64,000 bases of DNA from an uncultured Acidobacteriota bacterium (GTDB lineage: Bacteria; Acidobacteriota; Thermoanaerobaculia; UBA5066; DATFVB01), in NCBI GenBank assembly GCA_963813155.1, contig CAWEYG010000005.1:160001-224000 (forward strand). Direction: 5' to 3'. Below are positions 28,398-38,172 of this stretch, piece by piece. The translations under genes were made by a program, and so were the position numbers. Numbering within the stretch: position 1 is the stretch's first letter; each line of letters begins with the position of its first letter. The notes under the pieces were generated by a model. The model was not told the origin of the DNA and searched no databases. It worked only from the letters and a program-made list of their open reading frames with translations.

Positions 28398-30473
28398 ATG
28401 AAATTTTTGAGACGATTGTCTTGCCTTTGGATCGCCTGTTTGATCTTACCCACGACCCTTCAGGCCGGGCGGGGACACTGGACCGGGAACGGCCCTTTCG
28501 GTGCCTGGATCACCGCAATTGCGGCGACAACGGACGGCCAGGTCATTTACGCGGGTACCGATCTCGGCGAAGTCTTTCGGAGCTCGGATGGCGGAGCGCA
28601 GTGGGATGCCGCAGATCCTAGCCTTTACGCCTATTCGTACCAAAAAATTACTTCGATCGCCATCGAGCCCGGAAACTCTTCCACGGTCTTCGTCGCTGCC
28701 GACGGGCGCGGTATCTTCAAGAGCACCGATGCAGGGAACTCCTGGATTCAGGTGAACAGCGGCTTCACTTCGCCGCCGTCGCTCTGCAGCGATATTGGGG
28801 CCTGCTCGCCGAACGTTCTTGCTGTTGATCCGTCCAACGGCAATACGGTTCTGGCGGGCACCGATAACGGCCTGTTTCGGACGACGGATGGAGGTGAGAG
28901 CTGGTCGCTTCTCGAGCCGGACGGCTACCCAAGCGACGTCGTCCAGACAATCGTTTATGACCCGGCTGACACGAACACTATCTACGTGGGCGAGTCGCTC
29001 GGGCTCTACAAGACAACCGACGGAGGAGAGACCTGGTCGGCGCAGGACGGAGGGCTGATCGAGCCCAGCGTCACAAGCCTCGCCATCGATCCTGCTGATC
29101 CCTCGGTTCTTTGGGCCGTCGATGAAGTTCGAGGTGCGTTTCGGATCAACGGAGGCGGCGCCACTTGGACCCCGATTCCGGCGCCGCTCGGTACTCGAAG
29201 GATTCTGGTCGATCCGGCGACTCCCTCGACGCTCTACGGGTTTGGCCCAAACGGTATTTTCCGCAGTGTAAACGCCGGAAATTCCTGGCGCTCGGCTGGG
29301 TACACGGCATCACCTCCCGATTCCTTCCAGGTGGTCCTCTTTGCCGGATCGCCCCCGACGCTTTTGGCGGGCACCGCGTCAGGATTCCTCGAGAGCTCGG
29401 ACCAGGGGACGACGTGGCAGGGCAGGAACCAGGGCATCAGGGAGGTGTCGGTCTCCTCGATCGCCGTCGGGCCAATCGCTCAGCCATCGATCTTTGCGGC
29501 GGTCTCCACGGGCTCCCTGGAAACGATGGGCGCCGGTTGGATCGCCGGCAGCCCCGTCAATGCGAACGACTGGTCGGCGTTGTCCGGTACGGTTGACGGT
29601 CTTGCAACGTCGGTTGTGATCGACCCAGTTAGCCCGATGAACGTCTATGCCGTCGTGGGTCTCAATTTTCTCAGGAGCACCGATGGCGGCCGGACTTGGG
29701 AGCTGATTTCCAACGGCAACTTCTCTTTCGGCTGGCTAGCCGTTGGGCCGACCAACCCGGTGACGATCTACAGCGCCATCAGGGTTGCCACGCGTATTGA
29801 CCCAATCGTCCGCTCGACCGACGGAGGGAACACATGGGTTAGTCTCAACTTTCCTTTCGACAACAGTCGCGGTCCTTTACTGCCGGCTGTCAATAGTGGG
29901 GTCGTCGTCGACCCGAACCGCGCCGGCAGGGTCTATGTTGCCGGAGACTTCGGCATTGCGCGAACGACCGACGACGGTGGAACCTGGGTGAAGTTGAGCA
30001 ACGGATACCCGAATGCTTCAGCGCTGGCGATCGCCATCGATCCGAAGCAGACCTTGACGCTGTACGCAGGGACTCTCATTGGTGTTTTCAAAACCGTCGA
30101 TGGCGGTGATCATTGGGTGAAGGTCAACGGAAATTCCCAACTAATCTTTGTCCAATCGCTCGCGGTAGATCCTGCGGACTCGCGCATTGTTTATGCAGGG
30201 ACGCAGACGGGAATCCAGGTCAGCCGCGACGGAGGAGACACATGGTCGGACCTGAGTTTGGGTCTCCCGCACCCGACGATGGTTTTCAGCCTTGCGGTCG
30301 ATCCGGCCGGCGAACGTGTTTTTGCAGGGACCGACCGCGGCGTCTACGAGTTCACGATGTCGCCGGATCTTAGCCCTGTTCCTTCTCCCGTTATTCAATC
30401 CATTCCGGGTCACTGGCGGGCGAGCGCTACCATCCATGGGCCGCGAAGACAATCCACGGAAAAACCGCGATAG
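28398..30473 (+). CDS. Secreted BNR/VPS10-type beta-propeller repeat protein
   Basis: Signal peptide MKFLRRLSCLWIACLIL..; many Asp-box and 'LAIDPxxP..YAGT' repeats. Confidence 0.85.
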   Translation: MKFLRRLSCLWIACLILPTTLQAGRGHWTGNGPFGAWITAIAATTDGQVIYAGTDLGEVFRSSDGGAQWDAADPSLYAYSYQKITSIAIEPGNSSTVFVAADGRGIFKSTDAGNSWIQVNSGFTSPPSLCSDIGACSPNVLAVDPSNGNTVLAGTDNGLFRTTDGGESWSLLEPDGYPSDVVQTIVYDPADTNTIYVGESLGLYKTTDGGETWSAQDGGLIEPSVTSLAIDPADPSVLWAVDEVRGAFRINGGGATWTPIPAPLGTRRILVDPATPSTLYGFGPNGIFRSVNAGNSWRSAGYTASPPDSFQVVLFAGSPPTLLAGTASGFLESSDQGTTWQGRNQGIREVSVSSIAVGPIAQPSIFAAVSTGSLETMGAGWIAGSPVNANDWSALSGTVDGLATSVVIDPVSPMNVYAVVGLNFLRSTDGGRTWELISNGNFSFGWLAVGPTNPVTIYSAIRVATRIDPIVRSTDGGNTWVSLNFPFDNSRGPLLPAVNSGVVVDPNRAGRVYVAGDFGIARTTDDGGTWVKLSNGYPNASALAIAIDPKQTLTLYAGTLIGVFKTVDGGDHWVKVNGNSQLIFVQSLAVDPADSRIVYAGTQTGIQVSRDGGDTWSDLSLGLPHPTMVFSLAVDPAGERVFAGTDRGVYEFTMSPDLSPVPSPVIQSIPGHWRASATIHGPRRQSTEKPR

Positions 30474-30482
30474 GCTCCAGGG

Positions 30483-30908
30483 ATGAAAAACCCGGCCCGG
30501 CTTGGCGCCCGGCGTATGCGCTCGGCCGCCTTCGCCCTTTTCGTGGCGTCACTCTTCCTCTCCGGCGGCTGCGCGAGCGTCGCGCAGGTGACGAACATTT
30601 CGGAGGACGCTTGCCACCGGAGCTTTCAGAACGCGCTCGCGTCGATTCTGACCGCCGAAGGCGAAAAGCCCGAAGTCGCCGAGAAGCTCGTCTCGCACGC
30701 GCTCTCGATTCTTTCGACCGGAATCGTCGGCCCGCGGCCCTTCCTCGTGTCGTCGCCGTCGGGCGCCGACTACGAGCTGTTCGTCCAGGCGAAGAAGCCG
30801 GGATGCCTCCTGCGGCTCTACGCGCGGCAAAAGGGGTTCGTCCGGTACACGAACAACATGACCTACCTCCAGACGCGGCCGCTCCCGGCGTGCGCCTGCG
30901 CGGAGTGA
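30483..30908 (+). CDS. Putative lipoprotein
   Basis: Lipobox-like LSGGC; C-terminal CAC; genome-typical codon usage. Confidence 0.6.
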   Translation: MKNPARLGARRMRSAAFALFVASLFLSGGCASVAQVTNISEDACHRSFQNALASILTAEGEKPEVAEKLVSHALSILSTGIVGPRPFLVSSPSGADYELFVQAKKPGCLLRLYARQKGFVRYTNNMTYLQTRPLPACACAE

Positions 30909-30929
30909 ATTTCTTCCGGTCGTAACTCC

Positions 30930-31575
30930 TCAGGAAAGATAGCCGGCCTTGACGGCCTGCAGGACGGCGCGCGTGCGGTCGCGCACGCCGAGCTTCGAGA
31001 GGATGCTCGACACGTGGTTCTTCACCGTGCCCTCGGCGACGCCGAGCGCCCGGGCGATCTCACGGTTGCTGTAGCCGCCGGTCATCAGGCGCAGCACGTC
31101 GACTTCACGCTCCGTCAGGGGATCGGGGGGATCGAGGTGGGGAAAGCTGCTGTTCGTCGCTTCGAGGCCTCGGATCACGCGCTCAGATACGACCGGTTGA
31201 ATGGCGGTCCCGCCCGATGCGACGACCCGGATCGCCTGGACCAGCTCCTCGAGGGAGATGTCCTTGAGCAGGTAGCCGCGAGCGCCGGCGCGCACGCCTT
31301 CCAGGACCGCGGCTTCGTCGTCGAACGTCGTGAGGATGATGACGGGCGGGAGACATCCCGCTTCTCCGAGCCTCCGGAGCACGTCGAGGCCGGAGAGCCG
31401 CGGCAAGCCTCAAGTCCAGGAGCACGACGTCCGCTGCCGATCGAGGAATCGCCGCGAGCGCTTCCTCGCCGTCCGATGCCGTGCCGACAACCGCGATTTC
31501 CGCGTCGAGCGCGAGGAGGTTCCGGATTCCCTCGCGGACGAGCGCCTGGTCTTCGACGAGAAAGACGCGGATCAC
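30930..31575 (-). CDS. NarL/LuxR-family response regulator (frameshifted near 31407)
   Basis: VIRVFLVEDQALVREG..VLLDLR in one frame continues as PRLSGLDV..LTTFD..LTERE..GTVKNHVSSILSKL in another. One extra base explains the split. Confidence 0.85.
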
Positions 31576-32726
31576 GGCGCCGTGCCGGGGATCGGAAGAA
31601 TCGCCGTCAGCGAAAACCCCCGGCCGGGCGCCGTTTCGACGGAGAAGCCCCCGCCTCGCTGCTCGACCCGGTCCCGCATTCCGGAGAGGCCGCCTCCCGC
31701 GTGAACGGCGCCGGCCCCGCGGCCGTCGTCGCGCGCGCGGATCTCGACGTCGTCGGCCCTCCTCACGACTCCGATCCACAGGTTCTCGGCCTGGGCGTGT
31801 CGGACGGTGTTCGTGACGATCTCCTGGGCGCACCGCAGAACGACCTCTCCGATGGCGGGATCGTCGAGAGTGAAGCCGGGCACGACGTCGACGTGAATGC
31901 GGAGGCGGGGAATTCCGTCCGCGAGCTTCTGGAGCGCCGCCGAAAGGTCGAGGCCCCTTTCCTGGCGCAGCGCCCCGACGACCGCGCGCACGTCGCCGAG
32001 CAGCAGCCTTGTCACGGACTGCGCGGTTTCGACGCGGGCGAGCGCGTCGCCGTCCGTGAGGTGGCTCGCGACTTCCAGATTCAGGGAAAGGGCGGTCAGG
32101 TGGTGGCCCAGGACGTCGTGCAGATCTCGCGCGATTCGCGCGCGCTCGGCGATCCGAGTGCTCTGCGCGAGCAGCTCGCGCGTGGCCTCGAGCTGGGCAT
32201 TGGCGGCGGTCAGCCGCTCTCGCGCGGCCGATTCTTTGACGAGAAGCCGAGCCGCGGCGTCGGCGACGAGCTGGAACGACAGGTACGCAAAGACGAGGAC
32301 GACGGCCCAGTGCCACCCCCACTGCACCCACATGATCGCGCCCAATCCGGCGCTCTGGGCCGCGATCCACGCGGCGGCAGCGCGCCTGGTCAAGAGTCCT
32401 CCGAGCTCGAGGGCGACGAGCACGAGAAGGGCGGCCTCGAGGCCGAAGCAGGTGGGGAGCGCCAGCAGGGAAAGCACGGCCGCCGTCTGGCCGGCGACGA
32501 GAACGATCGCTCCGGCGCGGTCCGGATTTCGGCGACGCGGCCGGCTCGCCAGCCCGTAGGCGAGGCCGAAGAGAAGGAACGAGGCAGCCCACGCGAGAAG
32601 AGAGGTCCAGTCCCGCCCGCGAGCGGGAGCCAGGGCCTCTCCGATCAGGACCGGAGCGCCGACGGCGAGCCAGATCGCGAGACCGCCGGAGCGCAGGAGG
32701 CGCCGGGAATCGTCCGGATCTCTCAT
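31572..32726 (-). CDS. Membrane sensor histidine kinase (HisKA_3, DesK/NarX-like)
   Basis: TM region; ERARIARDLHDVLGHHL, QEIVTNTVRHA, DDGRG, GGGLSGMRDRV. Confidence 0.92.
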   Translation of the reverse strand: MRDPDDSRRLLRSGGLAIWLAVGAPVLIGEALAPARGRDWTSLLAWAASFLLFGLAYGLASRPRRRNPDRAGAIVLVAGQTAAVLSLLALPTCFGLEAALLVLVALELGGLLTRRAAAAWIAAQSAGLGAIMWVQWGWHWAVVLVFAYLSFQLVADAAARLLVKESAARERLTAANAQLEATRELLAQSTRIAERARIARDLHDVLGHHLTALSLNLEVASHLTDGDALARVETAQSVTRLLLGDVRAVVGALRQERGLDLSAALQKLADGIPRLRIHVDVVPGFTLDDPAIGEVVLRCAQEIVTNTVRHAQAENLWIGVVRRADDVEIRARDDGRGAGAVHAGGGLSGMRDRVEQRGGGFSVETAPGRGFSLTAILPIPGTAP

Positions 32727-32769
32727 GGTTGCAATCCGAGTATAGGCGCGGGCGGCCCGGCCCCGCCCC

Positions 32770-32818
32770 TGCCGGAAGTCATGGTCGCGGAAATCTTCGG
32801 CAGGCGTGACCTTCGGCA
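32770..32818. promoter_or_regulatory. Candidate response-regulator binding site in divergent intergenic region
   Basis: Imperfect inverted repeat TGCCGGAAGTCAT ... GTGACCTTCGGCA, with a third half-site (CTTCGGCA) between the arms. Confidence 0.5.
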
Positions 32819-32868
32819 CACGCAACGCTTCGTTCCTTTCCGTAGCCTGAGACGTGAAAGGAGAGTTC

Positions 32869-33246
32869 ATGAAAAAGTTTCTGCTCCCGGTTCTGGTCTC
32901 GCTCTTCGTGCTCGCGCTCGCGGAGGGAGTTCGCCTCTGCGCGGAGGAAATCCCCGCGGACGTCACGCTCAAGGGCACGATCGTCGACATGCATTGCTAC
33001 GTCACGCACGGCATTCACGACGCCGGGCACACGGCGTGCTCCAACGCCTGCATCGCGCGGGGCGTGCCGGCGGGCCTCCTCGCGGAAGACGGCACGCTCT
33101 ACGTCCTGTTCGAACAGAAGCCCTTCTCCGTGAAGGAAAAGGTGGCGGGACTCGCCGACGTTCCCGTGACGGTGACGGGCACTCCCGTCGTTCGCAGCGG
33201 CATCAAGGGACTGCAGATCAAGACGATCGAGAAAGAGGTGAAGTGA
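32869..33246 (+). CDS. Small secreted Cys/His-motif protein (DUF5818-like)
   Basis: Signal peptide; GTIVDMHC..H..CSNACIARG; AAAGGAG SD. Confidence 0.7.
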   Translation: MKKFLLPVLVSLFVLALAEGVRLCAEEIPADVTLKGTIVDMHCYVTHGIHDAGHTACSNACIARGVPAGLLAEDGTLYVLFEQKPFSVKEKVAGLADVPVTVTGTPVVRSGIKGLQIKTIEKEVK

Positions 33247-33599
33247 TGGCGAGCGTTGCTTCGAAGATCCTCGCGGCGGCAATGATCGTCCTCGCGGTCG
33301 GGATTGCAGCGGCGGCCGAGGTCGAGCAATCGTGGAAAGGGCGTATCGGCGACAGCATGTGCGGTGTTTCGCACATGACCTCCGGCGACCCGTCGGCAAA
33401 GACGCCGACAGACGGGGATTGCGTCCGGTCCTGCGTCAAGGACGGCAGCGCGTACGTTTTCGTCAGCGACGGAAAAGTCTTCGCGATCGAGGACCAGGCC
33501 TTCGCCGACCTCGACAAGAACGCGGGCCGCGACGTGACGGTGTACGGAAAGATGAATAAGGACTCGATCCGGATCTCCCGGATTACACCGAACGATTGA
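33246..33599 (+). CDS. Small secreted Cys/His-motif protein (DUF5818-like)
   Basis: Coupled start (TGATG); signal peptide; GRIGDSMCGVSH..CVRSCVKDG..YVFV..VTVYG. Confidence 0.72.
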   Translation: MASVASKILAAAMIVLAVGIAAAAEVEQSWKGRIGDSMCGVSHMTSGDPSAKTPTDGDCVRSCVKDGSAYVFVSDGKVFAIEDQAFADLDKNAGRDVTVYGKMNKDSIRISRITPND

Positions 33600-33637
33600 C
33601 CGTTCGCGGGGGGGGGTAGACATTCTTCACCCATGGG

Positions 33638-33652
33638 TGTAGATTGTCTACA
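33638..33652. promoter_or_regulatory. Palindromic operator overlapping -10 and start of PadR gene
   Basis: TGTAGA-ttg-TCTACA palindrome; second imperfect site GTAGACATTCTTCAC at 33616-33630. Confidence 0.55.
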
Positions 33653-34014
33653 TGGTTGAGGGGGACGCCCCGGTCTCGCGGATCGAGCTGCTGCAGGGCA
33701 CTCTCGACCTCATCGTCCTTCAGACGCTCTGCTGGGGGCCGCGCCACGGATACGGCATCGCGCAGATGATCCGAGCCGGCTCGCGCGACCTGCTGCAGGT
33801 CGACACCGGCTCCCTCTACCCGGCGCTTCATCGTCTCGAGCGCCAGAAGGCGATCTCGGCGGAATGGGCCGTGTCGGAGAACCGACAGCGCGTCCGCCTC
33901 TATCGCCTGACTCCCGCGGGCCGCAAACGGCTTGCCGCCGAACGGTCGAAGTGGGAGCAGCTCTCCGGCATCATCGAGGGAATCCTGTCGCTGCCCGCGG
34001 AGAGCGAGGCGTGA
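33652..34014 (+). CDS. PadR-family transcriptional regulator (acidobacterial type)
   Basis: LLQGTLDLIVL..HGYGIAQ..GSLYPALHRLE..SENRQR. Confidence 0.92.
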   Translation: MVEGDAPVSRIELLQGTLDLIVLQTLCWGPRHGYGIAQMIRAGSRDLLQVDTGSLYPALHRLERQKAISAEWAVSENRQRVRLYRLTPAGRKRLAAERSKWEQLSGIIEGILSLPAESEA

Positions 34015-36653
34015 GGCTGCCCCGGCTCTTTCCCCGCAGCCGGGCGCGCCGCGAGCAGGAGCTGGACGCCGAGATCCTCGCCCATCTCCAGATGGCCGTC
34101 GATGAGCGGATCGCCCGCGGCGAGTCTCCGGAGGACGCGGCCGCCGCCGCGCGGCGCGAATTCGGCAACGTCGGGCACGTCAAGGAGACTTCGCGCGACA
34201 TGTGGGGCGGTCTCTGGCTCGAGCGGCTGGGGCAGGACCTTCGATTCGGATTCCGGATGCTCCGCCGCAGCCCCGGCTTTTCCCTTCTCGCGATCCTCTG
34301 CCTGACTCTCGGTATCGGCGCCAACGCCGCCGTGTTCAGCTGGATCGAGGGGATCCTGCTGCGGCCTTTTCCGGCCGTCGCCCATCAGGAAAGGCTCGTC
34401 GCCCTCAAAGGGACCGACCGCGGGTCGGACAATCCCGACATCTCGTGGCCCGATTTCCAGGACTACCGGAGAAACAGCGCGCTCTTCGAGTCGTTCATCG
34501 GAGACAAGATCACGGGGACGACGCTGACCATCGGCGACCGGGCGGAGCGCGCGAGCGGAAGCATCGTCTCGGCGAACTATTTCGACGCGCTCGGGGTCCG
34601 CCCGTTCCTCGGGCGCGGATTCCAGCCGGGCGAAGACGCCGGACGAAACGCGCATCCGGTCACGGTGATCAGCTACCAGACCTGGAAGGATCGCTACCGC
34701 GGCGATCCGGCGATCATCGGCAAGACGCAGCGCCTGAGCGGCGTGCTCTTCACGATCGTCGGCGTCGCGCCGCCGGGATTCGCGGGCACGTTCGTCGGAT
34801 ACGGGATGCAGTTCTGGGTGCCGGCGTCGATGGAAGAGACGTTCGAAAACGGCGGATACAAGCTGGACGACCGGGGGGCCCGATGGGTCGAGGGTTTCGC
34901 GAAATTGAAGCCCGGAGTCGGTTTGAGGCAGGCGCAGGATCAGATTTCCGCGGTCGCGAAGCGGCTCGAGCTGGCCTACCCGGAGACCAATCGCGGCCAT
35001 GGACTCCAGATCCTCCCGCTCTCGGAGACCCCGTTCAACAAGGCGAGCGAAATGCGGCCGACGCTCGGAATCCTCTTTGCGGTGGTGATCGGCGTCCTCC
35101 TGATCGCCTGCGCGAACGTCGGAAACCTGCTGCTCGTTCGCGCTTTTTCCCGGCGAAAGGAGATGACGGTCCGGCTCGCGCTCGGCTCCGGGCGCGGCCG
35201 CCTGATCGGGCAGCTCCTCACGGAGGGGCTCGTCCTGTCGGCCTTCGCCGCGGGGGGTGGGCTCCTGATCGCCCTCTGGGCGCACAACGGGCTTACGCCG
35301 TTTTTTCCGGCGCCGGCAGGAATCGTCATGAATCTGGGAGGGCAGCTCGACTGGCGTGTGCTCGGCGCGAGCGCGGTCGTCTGCCTCGTGTCGACCCTGC
35401 TCGCGGGCCTCGCGCCGGCGCTCCAGACGAGCCGGATCGATCTCGCGGCCACGCTGAATTCCGAGGCGGGCGGCGTCGTCGGGGGGCGCGGGAGGTCGCG
35501 GATCCGGTCCGCCCTGGTCCTGATCCAGGTCTCGCTCAGCTTCGTGCTGCTCGTCGGCGCCGGCCTGCTCATCCGGAGCCTTCGGGCCATGCAGACCGCC
35601 AACCCGGGGTTCTCGACGGGGGTGCTTGCGACGGGAGTGGACCTCTCGTCCGCGGGGTACGACGCGCCGCGCGCGCGAATCTTCCAGGACGAGCTGATCG
35701 ACCGGGTGAAGGCGCTTCCGGGCGTCCAATCGGCCGCGTTCGCGCGCGTGCGCCCTTTTACGTTCCTTCCGTACACGTCCGCCCCGATCGCGGTGGACGG
35801 CTACCAGCCCGCTCCCGACGAGCAGCCGACGGCAGACTCCGACGAGGTCGGGCCCGCCTTCCTCGCGACGATGGGAATTCCGCTCGTCAGCGGCCGCGAA
35901 TTCACGAGCGCCGACGACGAAAACGCTCAGCCCGTCGCGGTCGTCAACGAAACGATGGCGGCGCGCTACTTCCACGGTGCGAACCCGGTCGGACGACGGC
36001 TTCGCGTCAAGGACCGCTGGCTGGAGATCGTCGGTCTTGCGCGGGATTCGAAATACGGCTCGATGATGGAAAAACCGAAACCGCTTTTCTACGTGCCGCT
36101 TCGCCAGAAACCTTCGATCGCGGCAAGCCTCCTCGTCCGATCCTCGCTTTCGCCGGGCGCCATGAGGGCGGTTCTCGTGCGCGAGGTCCATGCGTTGGAT
36201 TCCGGCCTCGCGCCCGCCGAGGTGATCACCCTGCGGGAGCAGATCGACCGCATGTCGTCCGCGCAGAAGATCGGGGTGACGTTGCTCGGTATCTTCGGGG
36301 GGCTCGCGCTGCTCCTCGCCGCGATCGGCCTCTACGCGGTGATGTCGTACGCCGTTTCGCAGAGCTCGCGCGAGATTGGGCTCCGCATGGCCCTCGGCGC
36401 GAGCGGTTCGAACCTTCTGCGGCTCGTGATGTCGCGCGGGCTTTCGCTCGCCGCGGGGGGAGTCGTCCTGGGCGCGCTGGCGGCGCTCGCGCTCACGCGG
36501 CTCGTCGGCTACCTCCTGTACAAGGTCAGCCCGCGCGATCCCGTCGCGTTCGGGTTCGCGTTCGCGGTCCTCGCGGTCGTGTCGCTGGCCGCGTGCTTCT
36601 TCCCCGCCCGCCGCGCGACCCGGACGGATCCCGCCCGGGCGCTGCGGCAGTAG
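34011..36653 (+). CDS. ABC transporter permease, ADOP/MacB-FtsX duplicated type
   Basis: [56 protein letters not shown]; GTG start overlaps the PadR stop. Confidence 0.92.
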   Translation: MRLPRLFPRSRARREQELDAEILAHLQMAVDERIARGESPEDAAAAARREFGNVGHVKETSRDMWGGLWLERLGQDLRFGFRMLRRSPGFSLLAILCLTLGIGANAAVFSWIEGILLRPFPAVAHQERLVALKGTDRGSDNPDISWPDFQDYRRNSALFESFIGDKITGTTLTIGDRAERASGSIVSANYFDALGVRPFLGRGFQPGEDAGRNAHPVTVISYQTWKDRYRGDPAIIGKTQRLSGVLFTIVGVAPPGFAGTFVGYGMQFWVPASMEETFENGGYKLDDRGARWVEGFAKLKPGVGLRQAQDQISAVAKRLELAYPETNRGHGLQILPLSETPFNKASEMRPTLGILFAVVIGVLLIACANVGNLLLVRAFSRRKEMTVRLALGSGRGRLIGQLLTEGLVLSAFAAGGGLLIALWAHNGLTPFFPAPAGIVMNLGGQLDWRVLGASAVVCLVSTLLAGLAPALQTSRIDLAATLNSEAGGVVGGRGRSRIRSALVLIQVSLSFVLLVGAGLLIRSLRAMQTANPGFSTGVLATGVDLSSAGYDAPRARIFQDELIDRVKALPGVQSAAFARVRPFTFLPYTSAPIAVDGYQPAPDEQPTADSDEVGPAFLATMGIPLVSGREFTSADDENAQPVAVVNETMAARYFHGANPVGRRLRVKDRWLEIVGLARDSKYGSMMEKPKPLFYVPLRQKPSIAASLLVRSSLSPGAMRAVLVREVHALDSGLAPAEVITLREQIDRMSSAQKIGVTLLGIFGGLALLLAAIGLYAVMSYAVSQSSREIGLRMALGASGSNLLRLVMSRGLSLAAGGVVLGALAALALTRLVGYLLYKVSPRDPVAFGFAFAVLAVVSLAACFFPARRATRTDPARALRQ

Positions 36654-36702
36654 CCGCGGGCACGAATGGTAGAGTCTCCCTCAGAAAGCAGGGAGACCAG
36701 TC

Positions 36703-37614
36703 ATGAATTCCGGAAACGTGATCGATCTCGACGCGCTCAAGCGCCTCCGCGAGAGAGCCCGATGGATTCCGCTCGCCATCGCCGTTCTGGCCGCCGGGAT
36801 CTTCGTCGCAAACTGTATGGTCTATATCCGTCCCGGCTCGGTGGGCGTACTGATCCACCGGAGCGGCGGCGGCGTCGACCGCACGCCGCTCGACGTCGGG
36901 TTTCATTTCAAATGGCCCGTGCTTCAGGAAGTCGTCGAGTACCCGATCTACATGCAGACCCTCGTGCTGACGCGATCCGACCGCGAAGGAAATGCGTACA
37001 ACGAAGAGATCAACGTCAACTCGGTCGAGGGCCAGCCGATCAGCTGCGACGTCTCGCTTTCCTTCGAGCTCGATCCGACCCGGGTTCCCTTCTTGTACAG
37101 CTCGTTCCGGACGACGATCGGAATGATCACTCATGGCTTCGTGAAACAGAGCATTCGTCAGGCTCTGCAGGAAGTCGTCGGGCGTACCGAGATCGTGAAT
37201 TTCCTCGGCAAAGACAAAGCGCTCGTCGTCAACCAAACGCAGGCCGATCTCCAGAAGCATCTCGGCGAGTATGGATTCGTTGTCAAGCAGTTCACGTTGA
37301 ATGAGGTTCGTGCGCCGGATTCGATCGTCAAGGCGATCGAAGCGAAGAACACGATGGCTCAGGAGGCTCTTCGCGCGCAGAACGAGATGCAAAAGAAACA
37401 GTTCGAGGCGCAGCAGAAGATCATCGAAGCGGAGGGGGACGCGAAATCGACGCTCACGCGAGCGAAGGCTCAGGCGGAATCGAATCAACTCCTGTCGTCT
37501 TCCCTCACCGCCCAACTTGTCGAATACCGCAAGATCGACAAATGGAACGGCCAGCTGCCGCAGGTTTCGGGCGGCGCAACACCGTTCATCACCCTGCAAA
37601 AGCCCGAGCGCTAG
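36703..37614 (+). CDS. SPFH/prohibitin (Band 7) family protein
   Basis: TM helix, PGSVGV, SIVKAIEAK coiled coil, KWNGQLPQV tail. Confidence 0.88.
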   Translation: MNSGNVIDLDALKRLRERARWIPLAIAVLAAGIFVANCMVYIRPGSVGVLIHRSGGGVDRTPLDVGFHFKWPVLQEVVEYPIYMQTLVLTRSDREGNAYNEEINVNSVEGQPISCDVSLSFELDPTRVPFLYSSFRTTIGMITHGFVKQSIRQALQEVVGRTEIVNFLGKDKALVVNQTQADLQKHLGEYGFVVKQFTLNEVRAPDSIVKAIEAKNTMAQEALRAQNEMQKKQFEAQQKIIEAEGDAKSTLTRAKAQAESNQLLSSSLTAQLVEYRKIDKWNGQLPQVSGGATPFITLQKPER

Positions 37615-37626
37615 AGCAAGTTCGGA

Positions 37627-38082
37627 CTACCCTCGCGCCGAGCGCTGCTCGCGCCGGGGGGCCATTTCGACAGGGGGCTGCTCGCGGCGTTCGAGGCTCG
37701 CGTCCACGCTCGCGGCCCATGGCCGCGGGATCGCCGAGAGCATCAGCGCCGATCCGAGCAGGGCGATGTTCTTCGTGAAGTTCACCATGTCGTTGATCTG
37801 CTCGGTGCCCGTCTCGCTCCAGAACGGGTGCATGTAGATCGTCACCGGGGCGAGAAAGAGCACGATCGCCCCGATTCCGACGGACGGTTTCCACCCGAGC
37901 AACAGACTCAATCCTCCGACGAGAAGGAACGCGCCGGCGACGGGAACGGCGACCTCCGGAAAGGGAACGCCCTTCGCGGCCGCGTACACCGCCGTCTTCG
38001 CGCTGTGCAGGAGCAGGTTCGCTCCGCTGAAGAGGTAGAACCCGGCCACGACGAGGCGGCCGGTCAGGAATGCGGTTTTCAC
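37627..38082 (-). CDS. DoxX family membrane protein
   Basis: GRLVVAGFYLFSG..YAAAKGVP..MHPFW..NFTKNIALLG; GGAGG SD. Confidence 0.85.
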   Translation of the reverse strand: MKTAFLTGRLVVAGFYLFSGANLLLHSAKTAVYAAAKGVPFPEVAVPVAGAFLLVGGLSLLLGWKPSVGIGAIVLFLAPVTIYMHPFWSETGTEQINDMVNFTKNIALLGSALMLSAIPRPWAASVDASLERREQPPVEMAPRREQRSARG

Positions 38083-38172
38083 AGGACCTCCTTTCTGTCC
38101 GGAAAAAGGTCTGATGCAAGAATCGTGAAACTCCGCGAAGTGCCTCGGAACGGATGGGTTAGACTCCCCGGG

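Noticed and set aside
23687-30473. Prophage or integrative conjugative element at tRNA-Pro
   Set aside because: No integrase, phage structural or conjugation genes in the interval.
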